The notes under the pieces: model-generated
What the model was told of the DNA's origin: nothing
Seen by the model: only the letters and a program-made list of their open reading frames with translations
The model's database searches: none
In this document: piece by piece, positions 45,923 to 55,978 of the stretch
Numbering within the stretch: the stretch's first letter is position 1
How the letters are laid out: every line of letters starts with the position of its first letter
Program-made: the position numbers and the translations under genes
From: Halobacteriaceae archaeon
GTDB taxonomy: Archaea; Halobacteriota; Halobacteria; Halobacteriales; Halobacteriaceae
NCBI GenBank assembly: GCA_042216675.1
Contig: JBDGTS010000008.1
Span: 32,001-96,000, forward strand
Length of the DNA: 64,000 bases
Direction: 5' to 3'

Positions 45923-46332
45923 CGCTCGAACTCTATCTGGTCGAAAATCCGCTCCTCGTCGGCGGCGTCGAGGTCGTCGAGGTGGACGACCTCCTCGGCG
46001 TCGTCGGCGGATTCGAGGCGGTCCTGCAGGTGGGTGATGTACGCCTTGTGCTCTTCGAGTTGCTCGCGGAGGTGCTCGGCTTCGAGTTCGAGCCGTTCGT
46101 GCTCGCGGACGAAGCTCTTTGGCACCTCCACGGTCGGCGGGAACTCGTGGCCCTCCGTGGCGTCGTGGTCCTCCGGGACGACGTCGACTTGTCCCTCGTG
46201 GGCGACGAGGCTGTCCACGTAGTCGCGGAACACCGCCGACAGCGAGAGGTCACGCTCCTCGGCGATGTCGCGAAGCGCCTCGAAGGAGTCCTCGTCCACG
46301 CGGAACGAGACGGTTTTGTTCTTGCTCCCCAT
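45919..46332 (-). CDS. Ribbon-helix-helix (CopG-like) regulator with coiled-coil tail
   Basis: KTVSFRVDEDSFEALRDIAEERDLSLSAVFRDYV RHH signature. Confidence 0.88.
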   Translation of the reverse strand: MGSKNKTVSFRVDEDSFEALRDIAEERDLSLSAVFRDYVDSLVAHEGQVDVVPEDHDATEGHEFPPTVEVPKSFVREHERLELEAEHLREQLEEHKAYITHLQDRLESADDAEEVVHLDDLDAADEERIFDQIEFER

Positions 46333-46369
46333 CGACAAGGGATTCGCGGCGCGAAAACTTAAGGATTCG

Positions 46370-46966
46370 TCAGACGCCGTCCGCGACTTCGGCCGAAGAC
46401 TCCTCGTCGAGGCTCTCCAGCGCCGAGACGACCGAGTCGTGATACCGGCTCACCGGCACGTCGTACTGCTCTTCGGCCATCCGGGCGTACTCGTTGGCCT
46501 CGTCGTCGAAGGCCTCGATGCGGTCGAGGGTGCGCTCGGCCGTCTCCACGACCCAGCGGTCCCGCGTCGCTGCGTCGACTTCCGTGATGGATTCGGGTCG
46601 GAGAGAGACGTTCACGTCGCCCTCGTCCGTCTCGTAGGTCCGGGGTTTGCCGACGATGGCGACGTAGTGTGGCGGTTCGGCCTCGCGGAGGAAGCCCGCC
46701 GCGTCGGGCTGATACTGGCCGGCGTACATGTAGAACGTGCCGGAGGGGTCGACCACGCGACCCTGCCAGTACTCGCTGTCCTCGCCGACGTCTTCGGTTT
46801 CGGTCAGGGTGCCGACCACGAAGACGCGGTTGGCCTGTTCGCCCGTCGGGAGCAGGACGTACAGCGGCGCCCGCTCGTCGTCGGACTCCTTGAACGTGTA
46901 GTGTGCGTCGTTGAACTCGTCGGCGAAGACGCGGCGCGCGACTTCGCGGGTGGGTGTGGAACTCAT
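46370..46966 (-). CDS. RPA-associated OB-fold protein
   Basis: REVARRVFA, PTGEQANRVFVVGTL and YAGQYQP motifs; translationally coupled to the RPA gene. Confidence 0.88.
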   Translation of the reverse strand: MSSTPTREVARRVFADEFNDAHYTFKESDDERAPLYVLLPTGEQANRVFVVGTLTETEDVGEDSEYWQGRVVDPSGTFYMYAGQYQPDAAGFLREAEPPHYVAIVGKPRTYETDEGDVNVSLRPESITEVDAATRDRWVVETAERTLDRIEAFDDEANEYARMAEEQYDVPVSRYHDSVVSALESLDEESSAEVADGV

Positions 46967-47907
46967 TGGATCGACCTCGCCGTGATGAGGACGCTCTCGG
47001 CGTCCGCGGGTTCGTCGAGCAGCTCGGTGTCGTTCGCGAGCAGGTAGCGCCCCATCGTCGGGCCGGAGACGCGGTAGTAGCGCCCCAGCGTGTCGGCGGC
47101 CATCTCCTCGGCCACGACGGTCGTGTCGAGGGCGTCCATCGCCATGTCCTTGGCCTCCTCGAGTTCGATGCCGGTCAGGTCCTCGGTGGCCTCCCGGTCG
47201 AAGATGACCTCGTGGACCTCGGTGCCGTCGTCGATGACGCCCTTGATGCGCAGGTCGAACTCGCCCTCGACTTCACCGTGTTCCGAGCACCGGCCGTTCT
47301 GGAGGACGCGGGTGCAGTCCTCCTCGGGACAGCGCTTGATGAGGCCGCTTCCGGACTGGATGTCCACGAGTGCGCCCTCGATTTCCTCGTCGCCGTCGCC
47401 GACTTCGAGGTCCTCGTCCACCGCGTCGACGGTGGTGGTCCGGTTGAGTTTCACCGAGAACCGGCCCTCGTACTCGTCGGTCACGACGTTCTGTAGGTGG
47501 TACACCTCCCCCTCGGCGAGGTCGGGCAGGTCGGACTTGGCCCACGCGGTGAACTTCACCGTTCCCGTGGGGTCGCCGAGCAGTCCGACCTGTCCGACGG
47601 CGTCGCTTCGGGCCTCCCAGAGGTCGACGACCTTCGCGGTCAGGTCGACCCACTGTTCGGCCGCGTCGATGTCCTCGATCCGGACGGTCTCGTTGCCGCC
47701 GCCGCGCCCCCCGAGTTCGTCGCGTTCGAGGCCCGCCTCGTCGAGGTAGTGGCTGACGACGGAGCGGCGCGCCTCGTCGACGGGCACGCTGTACTCCTCG
47801 ACGAGCGTTTCGAGTCGGTCGAGTATCTCCTCGACGGTGACGTCGAGGTGGTCCGAAAACTGGTCGTGTACCTCGTCGGCGTGGGTACGTAGGTCTGTGT
47901 CGCTCAT
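46963..47907 (-). CDS. rpa: Replication protein A (OB folds + Zn finger)
   Basis: QVGLLGDPTG OB fold; GSGLIKRCPEEDC...CSEH Zn finger; DLRIKGVIDDG. Confidence 0.92.
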   Translation of the reverse strand: MSDTDLRTHADEVHDQFSDHLDVTVEEILDRLETLVEEYSVPVDEARRSVVSHYLDEAGLERDELGGRGGGNETVRIEDIDAAEQWVDLTAKVVDLWEARSDAVGQVGLLGDPTGTVKFTAWAKSDLPDLAEGEVYHLQNVVTDEYEGRFSVKLNRTTTVDAVDEDLEVGDGDEEIEGALVDIQSGSGLIKRCPEEDCTRVLQNGRCSEHGEVEGEFDLRIKGVIDDGTEVHEVIFDREATEDLTGIELEEAKDMAMDALDTTVVAEEMAADTLGRYYRVSGPTMGRYLLANDTELLDEPADAESVLITARSIQ

Positions 47908-47966
47908 GCGTGTGCTGTCTCCGCTCGTTTTTCCGATGGGAGACGGACGGAAGTTGGTCGCCTCCG

Positions 47967-47974
47967 TATTTAAA
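47967..47974 (-). promoter_or_regulatory. TATA box of the rpa operon
   Basis: TTTAAATA on the minus strand, 60 nt upstream of the start codon. Confidence 0.6.
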
Positions 47975-47999
47975 GTCTCGGGCGGCCGCCGTCCATCGA

Positions 48000-48785
48000 T
48001 TACGACCGCGTCCGGCCGCCGTCGACAGGTATCGCAGTACCCGTGACGAAACTTGCTCGCTCACTTGCGAGGAAGGCCACCACGTCGCCTAACTCCCGCG
48101 GGTCGCCGACCCGGTCGAGGGGGACGCTCGCGGCCTTGTCGGCGAGGCCCGCCTCGTAGTCCTCGTAGCGGCCCGCCTCGACGTCCGCCTCGATGATGTC
48201 CGCGAGGCGCCCCGTCTCGTGGGGACCGGGCATGACGACGTTTGCCCGCACGTCGGGCGCCCACTCCCGTGAGATGGTCTTGATGGTCCCGACGACGCCG
48301 CGGCGTACCGAGTTCGAGAGCGCGATGCCGTTTATCGGCTCTTTCACGCTCGTCGAGGTGATGGCCGTCACCGTCCCCGCGTCGCTCTCGACGAGGTGGT
48401 CGTGGCACTCGTGGAGGGCGTAGACCACGCTCATCACCAACAGGTCGTAGGCCTCCTGCCAGTCTTCGGGGTCGGCGTCGAGGACGGACCCCGGCGGCGG
48501 CCCGCCCGCGGAGGTGACGAGGTGGTCGACGCCACCGAACTCCTCGACGGCGGCTTCGACGACTGTCGCCACGTCGTCGCGGTCGGTGACGTCCGCCTGC
48601 ACGCCGCGGACACCCCCCGCGGCCACGTCGCGCACGTCCGCCACGCCGGCGTCCAGTCGGTCCGGGTCGCGTCCACAGAGGACGACGTTCGCGCCCGCGG
48701 CCGCCAGCGACTCGGCGCTGGCCTTGCCGAGGCCGCTCGAACTCGCCAGTACGACGGCCGTCTCGCTATCGAGTCCAGTGTCCAT
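48000..48785 (-). CDS. SDR family oxidoreductase
   Basis: ASSSGLG Rossmann motif; SAGGPP, SNSVR, PGPHET and VDGG motifs. Confidence 0.9.
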   Translation of the reverse strand: MDTGLDSETAVVLASSSGLGKASAESLAAAGANVVLCGRDPDRLDAGVADVRDVAAGGVRGVQADVTDRDDVATVVEAAVEEFGGVDHLVTSAGGPPPGSVLDADPEDWQEAYDLLVMSVVYALHECHDHLVESDAGTVTAITSTSVKEPINGIALSNSVRRGVVGTIKTISREWAPDVRANVVMPGPHETGRLADIIEADVEAGRYEDYEAGLADKAASVPLDRVGDPRELGDVVAFLASERASFVTGTAIPVDGGRTRS

Positions 48786-48835
48786 ACGCCCTCAAACACT
48801 CGTCGTCGCGTAAAACTGACGCCCTGTCGCCGGAA

Positions 48836-49321
48836 CTACCCGCCCCAGAAGTTGTCGCGACTGCCCAGTTCCGGCGGACGCCCGGGGCCGCTTTCCTCCT
48901 CGCCCTCGGTTTCCGCCTCGGATTCCGTCTCCTCGCTCTCGTCTTCTGCGCTTCCTTCCTGTTCCCCTTCTTCCCCCTCCTCGCCCTCCATCGGGAGGCG
49001 TTCGACCACGTCGCCGCGGGCGTAGTTGGGCTTCACCGTGTCCACCTTCACGCGGGCCCGCGCCTCGGGCAGGACGCCATCGACCATCACGACGAAGCCG
49101 TCCTCGGTGTGGCCGATGCCGGCGCCGCTCTCGTGGAGGTCCGTGATGTCCACGACGACTTCCTCGCCGGGCACGACGGGGGCCGTCTTCAGTTCCTCGA
49201 TGGGCTGTTTGTAGTGGTTACACCACTCCTTGCCCCCGCGGTCACCGTAGTACTGACACCCCATGCCCTCTATCCGCTCGGTGAAACTGGGGCAGTCGTC
49301 GGCGATAGGGCAGTCTGCCAT
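48836..49321 (-). CDS. TRAM domain protein with N-terminal Cys/His cluster and acidic tail
   Basis: APVVPGEEVVVDITDLHESGAGIGHTEDGFVVMV TRAM motif; start at MADCPIADDC. Confidence 0.85.
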   Translation of the reverse strand: MADCPIADDCPSFTERIEGMGCQYYGDRGGKEWCNHYKQPIEELKTAPVVPGEEVVVDITDLHESGAGIGHTEDGFVVMVDGVLPEARARVKVDTVKPNYARGDVVERLPMEGEEGEEGEQEGSAEDESEETESEAETEGEEESGPGRPPELGSRDNFWGG

Positions 49322-49454
49322 AGGACCATTAGCCGTGGCCGCGTCTAAACCCTTGCGCCTCCCCGTCTCCGGGCCGGCACGCTCCGCTCGCGGTCCCGCC
49401 CCCCTCACCCCCGGCCCCGAAGACAGATAAGGCACCACGGGCTACCTCCCGTCG

Positions 49455-50525
49455 ATGCTGCTGGTCCTCTGTGTCGACCTCGACGACGACATCGGCCGCA
49501 AGGCCGGCGTCGAGACGCCCGTCGTCGGCCGCGACGCCGTCGAGGAGGCGGCGGTGTCGCTCGCCACCGTCGACCCGGAGGACAGCGACGTGAACGTACT
49601 CTTCGAAGGCGTCCACATCTACGACGACATCACCGACGAGACGGTGGCCGTCGCCGCCGTCACCGGCGTCGAGAGCGGCGGCGTGACCGCGAACCGCCGC
49701 GTCGGCGAGGAGATCGACCAAGTGCTCGCGGGGCTGGAACCCGACGACCCCGTCCGAGCGCTCGTCGTCTCCGACGGCGCACAGGACGAGAGCGTCCTCC
49801 CGGTCATCCGCTCACGGATGGACGTCGACGGCGTCCGCCGCGTCGTCGTCCGGCAGGCCGAGGACCTCGAATCGATGTACTACACCATCAAGCAGGTCCT
49901 CGACGACCCCGAGACGCGCGGGACGATTCTCGTTCCGCTCGGCATCCTCCTGTTGGTGTACCCGTTCGCCCTCCTCGCCGACGTGGTGGGCGTCCGCGGG
50001 AGCGCCGTCGTCGGCCTCACGTCGGCGCTTCTGGGTCTCTACGCCCTGTTTCGGGGGCTGGGGCTGGAACGCGCCCTCGACGGCGTGGTGAGGCAGGTCC
50101 GCAACGCCCTCTACGCCGGCCGGGTGACCTTGCTCACCTACGTCGTCGCCACCGCCCTCCTCGTCATCGGTGGCGTCGAGGCCGTCGACCAACTGGAGGC
50201 CGTCCAGCGCCGCGGCGACCCCTCGGGAACCACGGTGTTGGCGGCGCTCGTGTACGGCGCTGTGACGTGGTTCGCCGCGGCCGGCCTCACGTCGAGCCTC
50301 GGCCAGATAACCGACGAGTATCTGGCCGGCCGGTTCGAGTGGCGCTATCTGAACGCGCCGTTCTACATCCTCGCCATCGCGGCCGTCCTCCACGCCGTCT
50401 CGGGGTACTTCCTCGGACGCACGTCTCTCACCTACCTCGCGGCGATGCTGACGGCGGGGACGCTGCTGGGCGTGATGAGCACGCTCGCGTTCGCCGTCGT
50501 GGAGTCGTGGCGGGCGCCCGCCTAA
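49455..50525 (+). CDS. DUF373 family membrane protein
   Basis: LCVDLDDDIG, DPEDSDVN, VSDGAQDE and RQAEDLESMYY motifs followed by several TM segments. Confidence 0.88.
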   Translation: MLLVLCVDLDDDIGRKAGVETPVVGRDAVEEAAVSLATVDPEDSDVNVLFEGVHIYDDITDETVAVAAVTGVESGGVTANRRVGEEIDQVLAGLEPDDPVRALVVSDGAQDESVLPVIRSRMDVDGVRRVVVRQAEDLESMYYTIKQVLDDPETRGTILVPLGILLLVYPFALLADVVGVRGSAVVGLTSALLGLYALFRGLGLERALDGVVRQVRNALYAGRVTLLTYVVATALLVIGGVEAVDQLEAVQRRGDPSGTTVLAALVYGAVTWFAAAGLTSSLGQITDEYLAGRFEWRYLNAPFYILAIAAVLHAVSGYFLGRTSLTYLAAMLTAGTLLGVMSTLAFAVVESWRAPA

Positions 50526-51385
50526 CGCTCTCGCTCGACGACGAAGCGCGCGAGTTCGGCGAGATAGCTCCGGGCGTCGGAGCTGGGCAAGTCGAGACTG
50601 TCGAGTGCGTCCTCCGCCGCGGCCGCACGCTCACGGGCCAGCGTGTCCGCCTCGGCGGGCGTGAGGTCGGTCACCTGAAGAATCGAGGGCCGTTCGAGTT
50701 CGGCGTCCTGCCCCGTCGGCTTGCCGAGGTCCGCCGCGTCGGCGGTGGCGTCGAGCACGTCGTCTCGGATCTGGAAGGCGACCCCGACGTGTTCGGCGTA
50801 CTCGCCGGCAGTTCGGATTGTCTCCTCGTCGCCGTCGACGGCGATGGCGCCGAGTTGGGCCGCCGCGCGGAACAGCGCCCCCGTCTTGCGCCGCGCGAGT
50901 TCCATGTACTCCCCCTCGTCGGTCGGTTCGGCGACCAGTTCCGTCGCCTCGCCCTCGCCGAGTTCGACCATCGCGTCGGCGACGGCCTCCGTCGCGCGCG
51001 GGTCCGCGGAGAACAGCGCGAACGCCTCTCCCAGAAGCCCGTCGCTCGTGACGATGGCCGGGCCGTGGCCGTACGCCGCCCACGCGGAGGGGTGGCCGCG
51101 GCGGAGTTCCGAGCGGTCGATGATGTCGTCGACGACGAGCGACGCGTTGTGGACCAGTTCGACGCCGACGGCGAAGTCCAGCGCCCGCTTCGGGTGACCG
51201 GTGTCCGAGAGGTCCCCGACGGCCTCACAGACCAGCAGGGTCACCGTGGGCCGCACGCGCTTCCCGCCCGCGAGGAGGACGTCCTCCATCTCCGCCGCGA
51301 GTTCCGGAGGGTCGACGCGCTCGATGACCTCGACCAGTCGCTCTTCGACCGCATCGCGGCGCCGTTCCACGTCAGCGAGCGCCAT
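50522..51385 (-). CDS. Polyprenyl diphosphate synthase (GGPP synthase family)
   Basis: GGKRVRP, HNASLVVDDIID (FARM), RKTG, FQIRDDVLD (SARM), GKPTGQD. Confidence 0.93.
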   Translation of the reverse strand: MALADVERRRDAVEERLVEVIERVDPPELAAEMEDVLLAGGKRVRPTVTLLVCEAVGDLSDTGHPKRALDFAVGVELVHNASLVVDDIIDRSELRRGHPSAWAAYGHGPAIVTSDGLLGEAFALFSADPRATEAVADAMVELGEGEATELVAEPTDEGEYMELARRKTGALFRAAAQLGAIAVDGDEETIRTAGEYAEHVGVAFQIRDDVLDATADAADLGKPTGQDAELERPSILQVTDLTPAEADTLARERAAAAEDALDSLDLPSSDARSYLAELARFVVERER

Positions 51386-51424
51386 TACCGGTCCTGAGGG
51401 GGCGCCGTGGAAATACGTGACGGC

Positions 51425-52513
51425 TCACTCTTCGTCGTCGGCCTCCGCACCGGGGAGCGAGATGAGGTTCTCGCGGCCGATGCGGAGTTTCTCGACCCTG
51501 TCCTCCTCGGCCATCGAGGAGAGGAGCTGGGACACCTTCGCGTTCGACCAACCGGTCTCCGTGACGATGTCGGCCTGCTTCATGCGCCCGCCGCGCTCTT
51601 CGAGCAGTCGCTCGACGCGCTCCTCGTCGCTCAACAGCGCCGGGTCGACGGCCTCCTCGGCGGCGTCCTCGGCTTCGGCCTCGGCGGAGGGGGCCGTCGC
51701 CTCGGTCGCGGCGTCGGCGTCTGCGGTCTCCTCCGCCACCGTCTCGCCTTCCCCGAACAGGCGCTCGCGCCGCGCCGCGACGTAGGCGAGGGCGCCCCCG
51801 AGCAGAAGCGCCCCGGCGACCGCCGCAAAGAAGCCGAGGTCCGGGCCGTTCGAGTCCGGCGCGGCGGGCGTCTCGGTACTCGTCTCCGTGCCCGTCACCG
51901 TCGGCGGCGGCGCGACGGACCGGGTGTAGGTCACCGAGGGCTGGCCCGCCGCGAAGGCGCGCCTGCCGGTCCACGTCAGCGTCCCGTTTTCGAGCGAGTC
52001 GGCGTCCGGATCGACGTTCAGCAGGCCGAAGTTCGACGGAGGATGAATCCGGAGTCGCTGCTCCTCGGTGAGCGTCCACGCGCCGAAGACGTCGCCGACG
52101 GTTATCGTGTCGCCGTTCGTCGCCGCGAAGTTCTGCCACGTGAACGTCAGCCGGACGACCCCCGTCGTGCCGTTGTCGGTGACGAAGGTGGTGTGCCGCG
52201 GATCCGACAGCGACATCTGTCGGCCCGTGTGCTGTTCCCCGGCCGCGACGAGTTCCTCCGCCGTGCGCACGTCGAAGCCGGGCGGGTCGGTGCTGTTCTC
52301 GATGTCGTCGGCGAGTCGTCGGAACGCTTCCCGGTCGGTTTCGCTGTCGAGCGCGAACGTCGTCGACACGTTCCAGACGGCGTCGCCGCTCTCGGCCACA
52401 AACACGTCGATGGTGGCGCCGTCTGTCGAGAGGTCGTCGCTCTGTGCGACGACGGCCGGTGACGCCGCGGTGAGCACGAGGACGACCGCGAGCGCGGCGA
52501 CGGCGACCCGCAT
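51425..52513 (-). CDS. Membrane-anchored protein with extracellular domain and cytoplasmic winged-HTH
   Basis: Signal peptide, Thr-rich linker, one TM segment, and C-terminal GGRMKQADIVTETGWSNAKVSQLLSSM...GREN wHTH. Confidence 0.85.
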   Translation of the reverse strand: MRVAVAALAVVLVLTAASPAVVAQSDDLSTDGATIDVFVAESGDAVWNVSTTFALDSETDREAFRRLADDIENSTDPPGFDVRTAEELVAAGEQHTGRQMSLSDPRHTTFVTDNGTTGVVRLTFTWQNFAATNGDTITVGDVFGAWTLTEEQRLRIHPPSNFGLLNVDPDADSLENGTLTWTGRRAFAAGQPSVTYTRSVAPPPTVTGTETSTETPAAPDSNGPDLGFFAAVAGALLLGGALAYVAARRERLFGEGETVAEETADADAATEATAPSAEAEAEDAAEEAVDPALLSDEERVERLLEERGGRMKQADIVTETGWSNAKVSQLLSSMAEEDRVEKLRIGRENLISLPGAEADDEE

Positions 52514-52651
52514 TGTCGTTTGGGTCGGCAGCACGGTTGAAAACCCTTTCTATGACTGAATAAAACGTTAGCGCCGCCTATGAACTGTCTCGGGATTTCT
52601 AATCCCGTTCCCTCGACGCCCATCTGACGCCCTCGTGACGCCGATATGACA

Positions 52652-53272
52652 TTATTTGGGGAGCGTGGCGTGCGTGACGATGGCTCGCGGCGACCCCGGG
52701 CGGGCCTGCAGGACGCGGTGTTCGACGTCGCCGTAGCCGGCCTCGCGGAACATCCGGTCGGCCTCCGCCTCGTCGTAGAACAGCATGATGGCGTCCGCGA
52801 CTTTTCGGAACAGCGTGTTCTTCGGGGCGTCCGGCCCCACGACGAGGACTTCCCCGCCCGGCCGCGTGACGCGGCGGAGTTCTCGGAGTGCCGTCACGGG
52901 GTTGGGCCAGTACTCGATGGACCCCGACGACCACACCACGTCGAAGGCGTCGTCGTCGTAGGGAAGCCGTTCGGCGTCGCCCCGGACGAACGAGACGGGG
53001 TCGTACTTCCCGAGTTTCGCCCACGCCTGTTCGAGTTGGTGTTCGCTCTGGTCGAGGCCGTGGACGTTCTCCGTCCGGTCGAGGAGCGCGTCCGTCGCGA
53101 ACCCGGTGCCACAGCCCACGTCGAGGACGCGGTCGCCGGCCGTGAGGTCGAGCATCTCGATGGCCTCGTCCCGCATCTCCTCGTTCCAGATGAAGGGGTT
53201 GACCCGGTCGTACACCGTCGACAGGTACCGATAGAAGAGCCGCGCGCGCCGCTTGTCTTCGAGGACTCCCAT
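52652..53272 (-). CDS. SAM-dependent methyltransferase (UbiE/MenG-like)
   Basis: Start MGVLEDK; VLDVGCGTG, GDAERLP and FDVVWSSGS motifs. Confidence 0.88.
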   Translation of the reverse strand: MGVLEDKRRARLFYRYLSTVYDRVNPFIWNEEMRDEAIEMLDLTAGDRVLDVGCGTGFATDALLDRTENVHGLDQSEHQLEQAWAKLGKYDPVSFVRGDAERLPYDDDAFDVVWSSGSIEYWPNPVTALRELRRVTRPGGEVLVVGPDAPKNTLFRKVADAIMLFYDEAEADRMFREAGYGDVEHRVLQARPGSPRAIVTHATLPK

Positions 53273-53375
53273 CCCGTCGGGGTTGGACTGCCCAGCCCAT
53301 AGTTCCCCCGGTACGACCGGGCGAACCTTTCGCAACGCCCTTATACGGCCCTTGCAAACGTCCTCGTGATCGAGA

Positions 53376-53708
53376 ATGGCGAGGCCGGAAGTTCTACAAG
53401 AGATAAAGGACGCCGAGGCAGAGGCCGACGACATCGTCGCCGAGGCGGAGGCCGAAGCCGAGGAGCGAATCGAGGAGGCCCGCGACCGCGCGGCCGAGAT
53501 TCGCCGTGAGGCCGAGGAAGAGGCCGAGGAACTCCGCGAGGAGCGACTCGAAGAGGCCCGCGAGGAAATCGAGGCGGAACGGGACCGCATCCTCTCGGAG
53601 GGACGCGCCGACCGCGAACGCCTCGTCGAGCGCGCCGAATCCAACCGCGAGGAGGCCACAGAGTACGTCCTCGACGCATTCACGGAGGCGGTACATGCTC
53701 AGACCTAG
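53376..53708 (+). CDS. atpH: A-type ATP synthase subunit H
   Basis: All-helical acidic protein, first gene of the atp operon. Confidence 0.92.
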   Translation: MARPEVLQEIKDAEAEADDIVAEAEAEAEERIEEARDRAAEIRREAEEEAEELREERLEEAREEIEAERDRILSEGRADRERLVERAESNREEATEYVLDAFTEAVHAQT

Positions 53709-55815
53709 CAAGATGAGCAAGGTCTCGGTGACCGGGACCAAGGCCGTGATGCCCGACGTCATCGAGGCCGCACACGAGACGAACCTCCTCCACCTCAGTG
53801 ACTACGGCGGGGAGTACGAGGGCTTCGACAACGGGTCGCCCGTCGAGGGCGCCGACGAGGCGTCGCAGAAACTCGTGACCGTGCGGTCGCTCCAGTCCAT
53901 CCTCGACGTCTCCGAAGAGGACGCCGGACCGACCCGCATCGTCACCGAGGAGGCCCTCGCCGAGGACTTAGAGGAGGTCCGACGGGCCGCGAACGACCTC
54001 GACGACCGCCGCGACGAGATCGCCGACGAACTCCGCTCGGTCGAGGAGCGCATCGACGCCCTCGACCCGTTCGTGTCCCTCGGCATCGACCTCGACTACC
54101 TCCGGGGCTACGACTCCCTCGACGTCGCCGTCGGTGAGGCCGACCCCGAGGCAGTCGAGGATGCACTCGCACACGCGAGCGACGTCGCGGCGTCCGAGGT
54201 CTTCAGCGGCGACGGCGTCGTCGCCGCGTTCGCCCGACCCGCCGAGAACGCCGAGTCGCCCCTCGACGAGGCGCTGGTGAACGTCGACTTCACCCGTCTC
54301 GACGTGCCCGACGAGGAGGGGTCGCCCTCGGACATCGTCGCCGAACTCGAACACGAGCGCGAGACGCTCGAATCCCGACTGGAGAGCGTCGAGTCCGAAC
54401 TCGACGACCTCCGCCTCGAACACGCCGGCTTCCTGCTGGCGGCCGAGGAGACGCTGACCATCGAGGTCCAGAAGCACGAAGCCCCGCTCTCCTTTGCGAC
54501 GACGGAGCACGCCTTCGTCGCCGAGGGCTGGGTGCCAAGCGAGGAGTACACCGACTTCGTGGAGACCATCCGCGACGCCGTGGGTGACAGCGTCGAAATC
54601 GAGGAACTCGAACGCGCCACGTACACGCCCTCGCACGGCCACAGTCACGAGGCCGGCGAGGACGCCGAGGCCGTCGCGGACGGCGGCCACCCCGACCCCG
54701 TCGACGAACCGCCGGTCGTGCAGGACAACCCGAAGCCGGCCAAGCCGTTCGAACTCCTCGTTCGGATGGTTAGCCGCCCGTCGTACTCCGAACTCGACCC
54801 GACGATTCTGCTCCTGTTGACGTTCCCGGCGTTCTACGGCTTCATGATCGGTGACCTCGGCTACGGACTGCTGTACTTCGCCGGCGGCTTCCTGCTGTGG
54901 AGCCGTCTCGACTCCGACGCGTTCCGAAGCCTCGGTGGCGTCGCGATGTGGGCCGGTGGCTTCACCGCGCTGTTCGGCATCCTGTACGGCGAAATCTTCG
55001 GCCTGCACCTCATCAGCACACATTTCTGGGAGGGTGCACTGAACATGCACGGCCCGCCCATCGAGAAGGGCCTGCACACCCGGGACATCGCGACCAAGTG
55101 GCTCGCGGTCAGCCTCGTGGTCGGCCTGATTCACCTCGGCATCGGCTACGTGTTCGGCTTCGTCAACGACTGGCGCGCCCACGGACTCGTCGAGGCCGTC
55201 ATGGAGGACGCCTCGAAGCTCATGCTGATGGGCGGCGTCGGCGTCTGGCTGTTCAGCGCGCACCTGCAGAGCGGTGGCGGCCCGCGCCCGCCGTTCCTCC
55301 TGAACCTCATCGAGTTCCCCGCGACGGTGGGCGTCGCGGCGCTCGTCGTCGCCGCCGTCGGCCTCGTCCTCCTGACGAAGGCCGAGGGCGCGGCCGGGTT
55401 CTTCGAGAGCCCCACGTACGCGCTGGTCAACACCGTCTCCTACACCCGAATCGCGGCGGTGCTGCTGGCGAAGGCCGGGATGGCGTTCGTCGTGAACCTC
55501 CTCGTGTTCGGCGCCTACGAGTACCACGGCGAGGTTCACTTCATGCTCTCTCACGGTCCGAGCTACGTCAAAGGCCACTACGGTGCGGAGGCCATCATGT
55601 TCCCCGGACTGGTGAACGCGGGCGTCGCCGGCATCGTCGGCGGCCTCGTGATTCTCGTCCTGGGACACGCCCTCGTCCTCGCTCTCGGCGTCACGAGCGC
55701 CGGCCTGCAGGCCGTGCGCCTCGAGTACGTCGAGTTCTTCGGCAAGTTCTACGAGGGCGGCGGGACCGAGTACGACCCCTTCGGCCACGCCCGCACCTAC
55801 ACCACGGAGGAGTGA
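53695..55815 (+). CDS. atpI: A-type ATP synthase subunit I (a)
   Basis: MLRPSKMSKV start; FYGFMIGDLGYG, SYTRIAA and RLEYVEFF motifs. Confidence 0.96.
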   Translation: MLRPSKMSKVSVTGTKAVMPDVIEAAHETNLLHLSDYGGEYEGFDNGSPVEGADEASQKLVTVRSLQSILDVSEEDAGPTRIVTEEALAEDLEEVRRAANDLDDRRDEIADELRSVEERIDALDPFVSLGIDLDYLRGYDSLDVAVGEADPEAVEDALAHASDVAASEVFSGDGVVAAFARPAENAESPLDEALVNVDFTRLDVPDEEGSPSDIVAELEHERETLESRLESVESELDDLRLEHAGFLLAAEETLTIEVQKHEAPLSFATTEHAFVAEGWVPSEEYTDFVETIRDAVGDSVEIEELERATYTPSHGHSHEAGEDAEAVADGGHPDPVDEPPVVQDNPKPAKPFELLVRMVSRPSYSELDPTILLLLTFPAFYGFMIGDLGYGLLYFAGGFLLWSRLDSDAFRSLGGVAMWAGGFTALFGILYGEIFGLHLISTHFWEGALNMHGPPIEKGLHTRDIATKWLAVSLVVGLIHLGIGYVFGFVNDWRAHGLVEAVMEDASKLMLMGGVGVWLFSAHLQSGGGPRPPFLLNLIEFPATVGVAALVVAAVGLVLLTKAEGAAGFFESPTYALVNTVSYTRIAAVLLAKAGMAFVVNLLVFGAYEYHGEVHFMLSHGPSYVKGHYGAEAIMFPGLVNAGVAGIVGGLVILVLGHALVLALGVTSAGLQAVRLEYVEFFGKFYEGGGTEYDPFGHARTYTTEE

Positions 55816-55891
55816 GCGATGCACTCCCCTACCGTCTCGACGCCTGAAACGCCTGTGAACGCCTCTCTCACGGCCGGGCGTTTTGAGAAGC

Positions 55892-55899
55892 TTTATGAA
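55892..55899 (+). promoter_or_regulatory. Probable internal TATA box upstream of atpK
   Basis: GAGAAG-C-TTTATGAA (BRE-like + TATA-like) in the 163-nt atpI-atpK gap. Confidence 0.5.
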
Positions 55900-55978
55900 T
55901 ACGGTAGGGCGAATTACCAACCGTTCGGTTCCGACCGACCTCACGCCACAGAGGACCCATAAAACTCAACTCACAACT

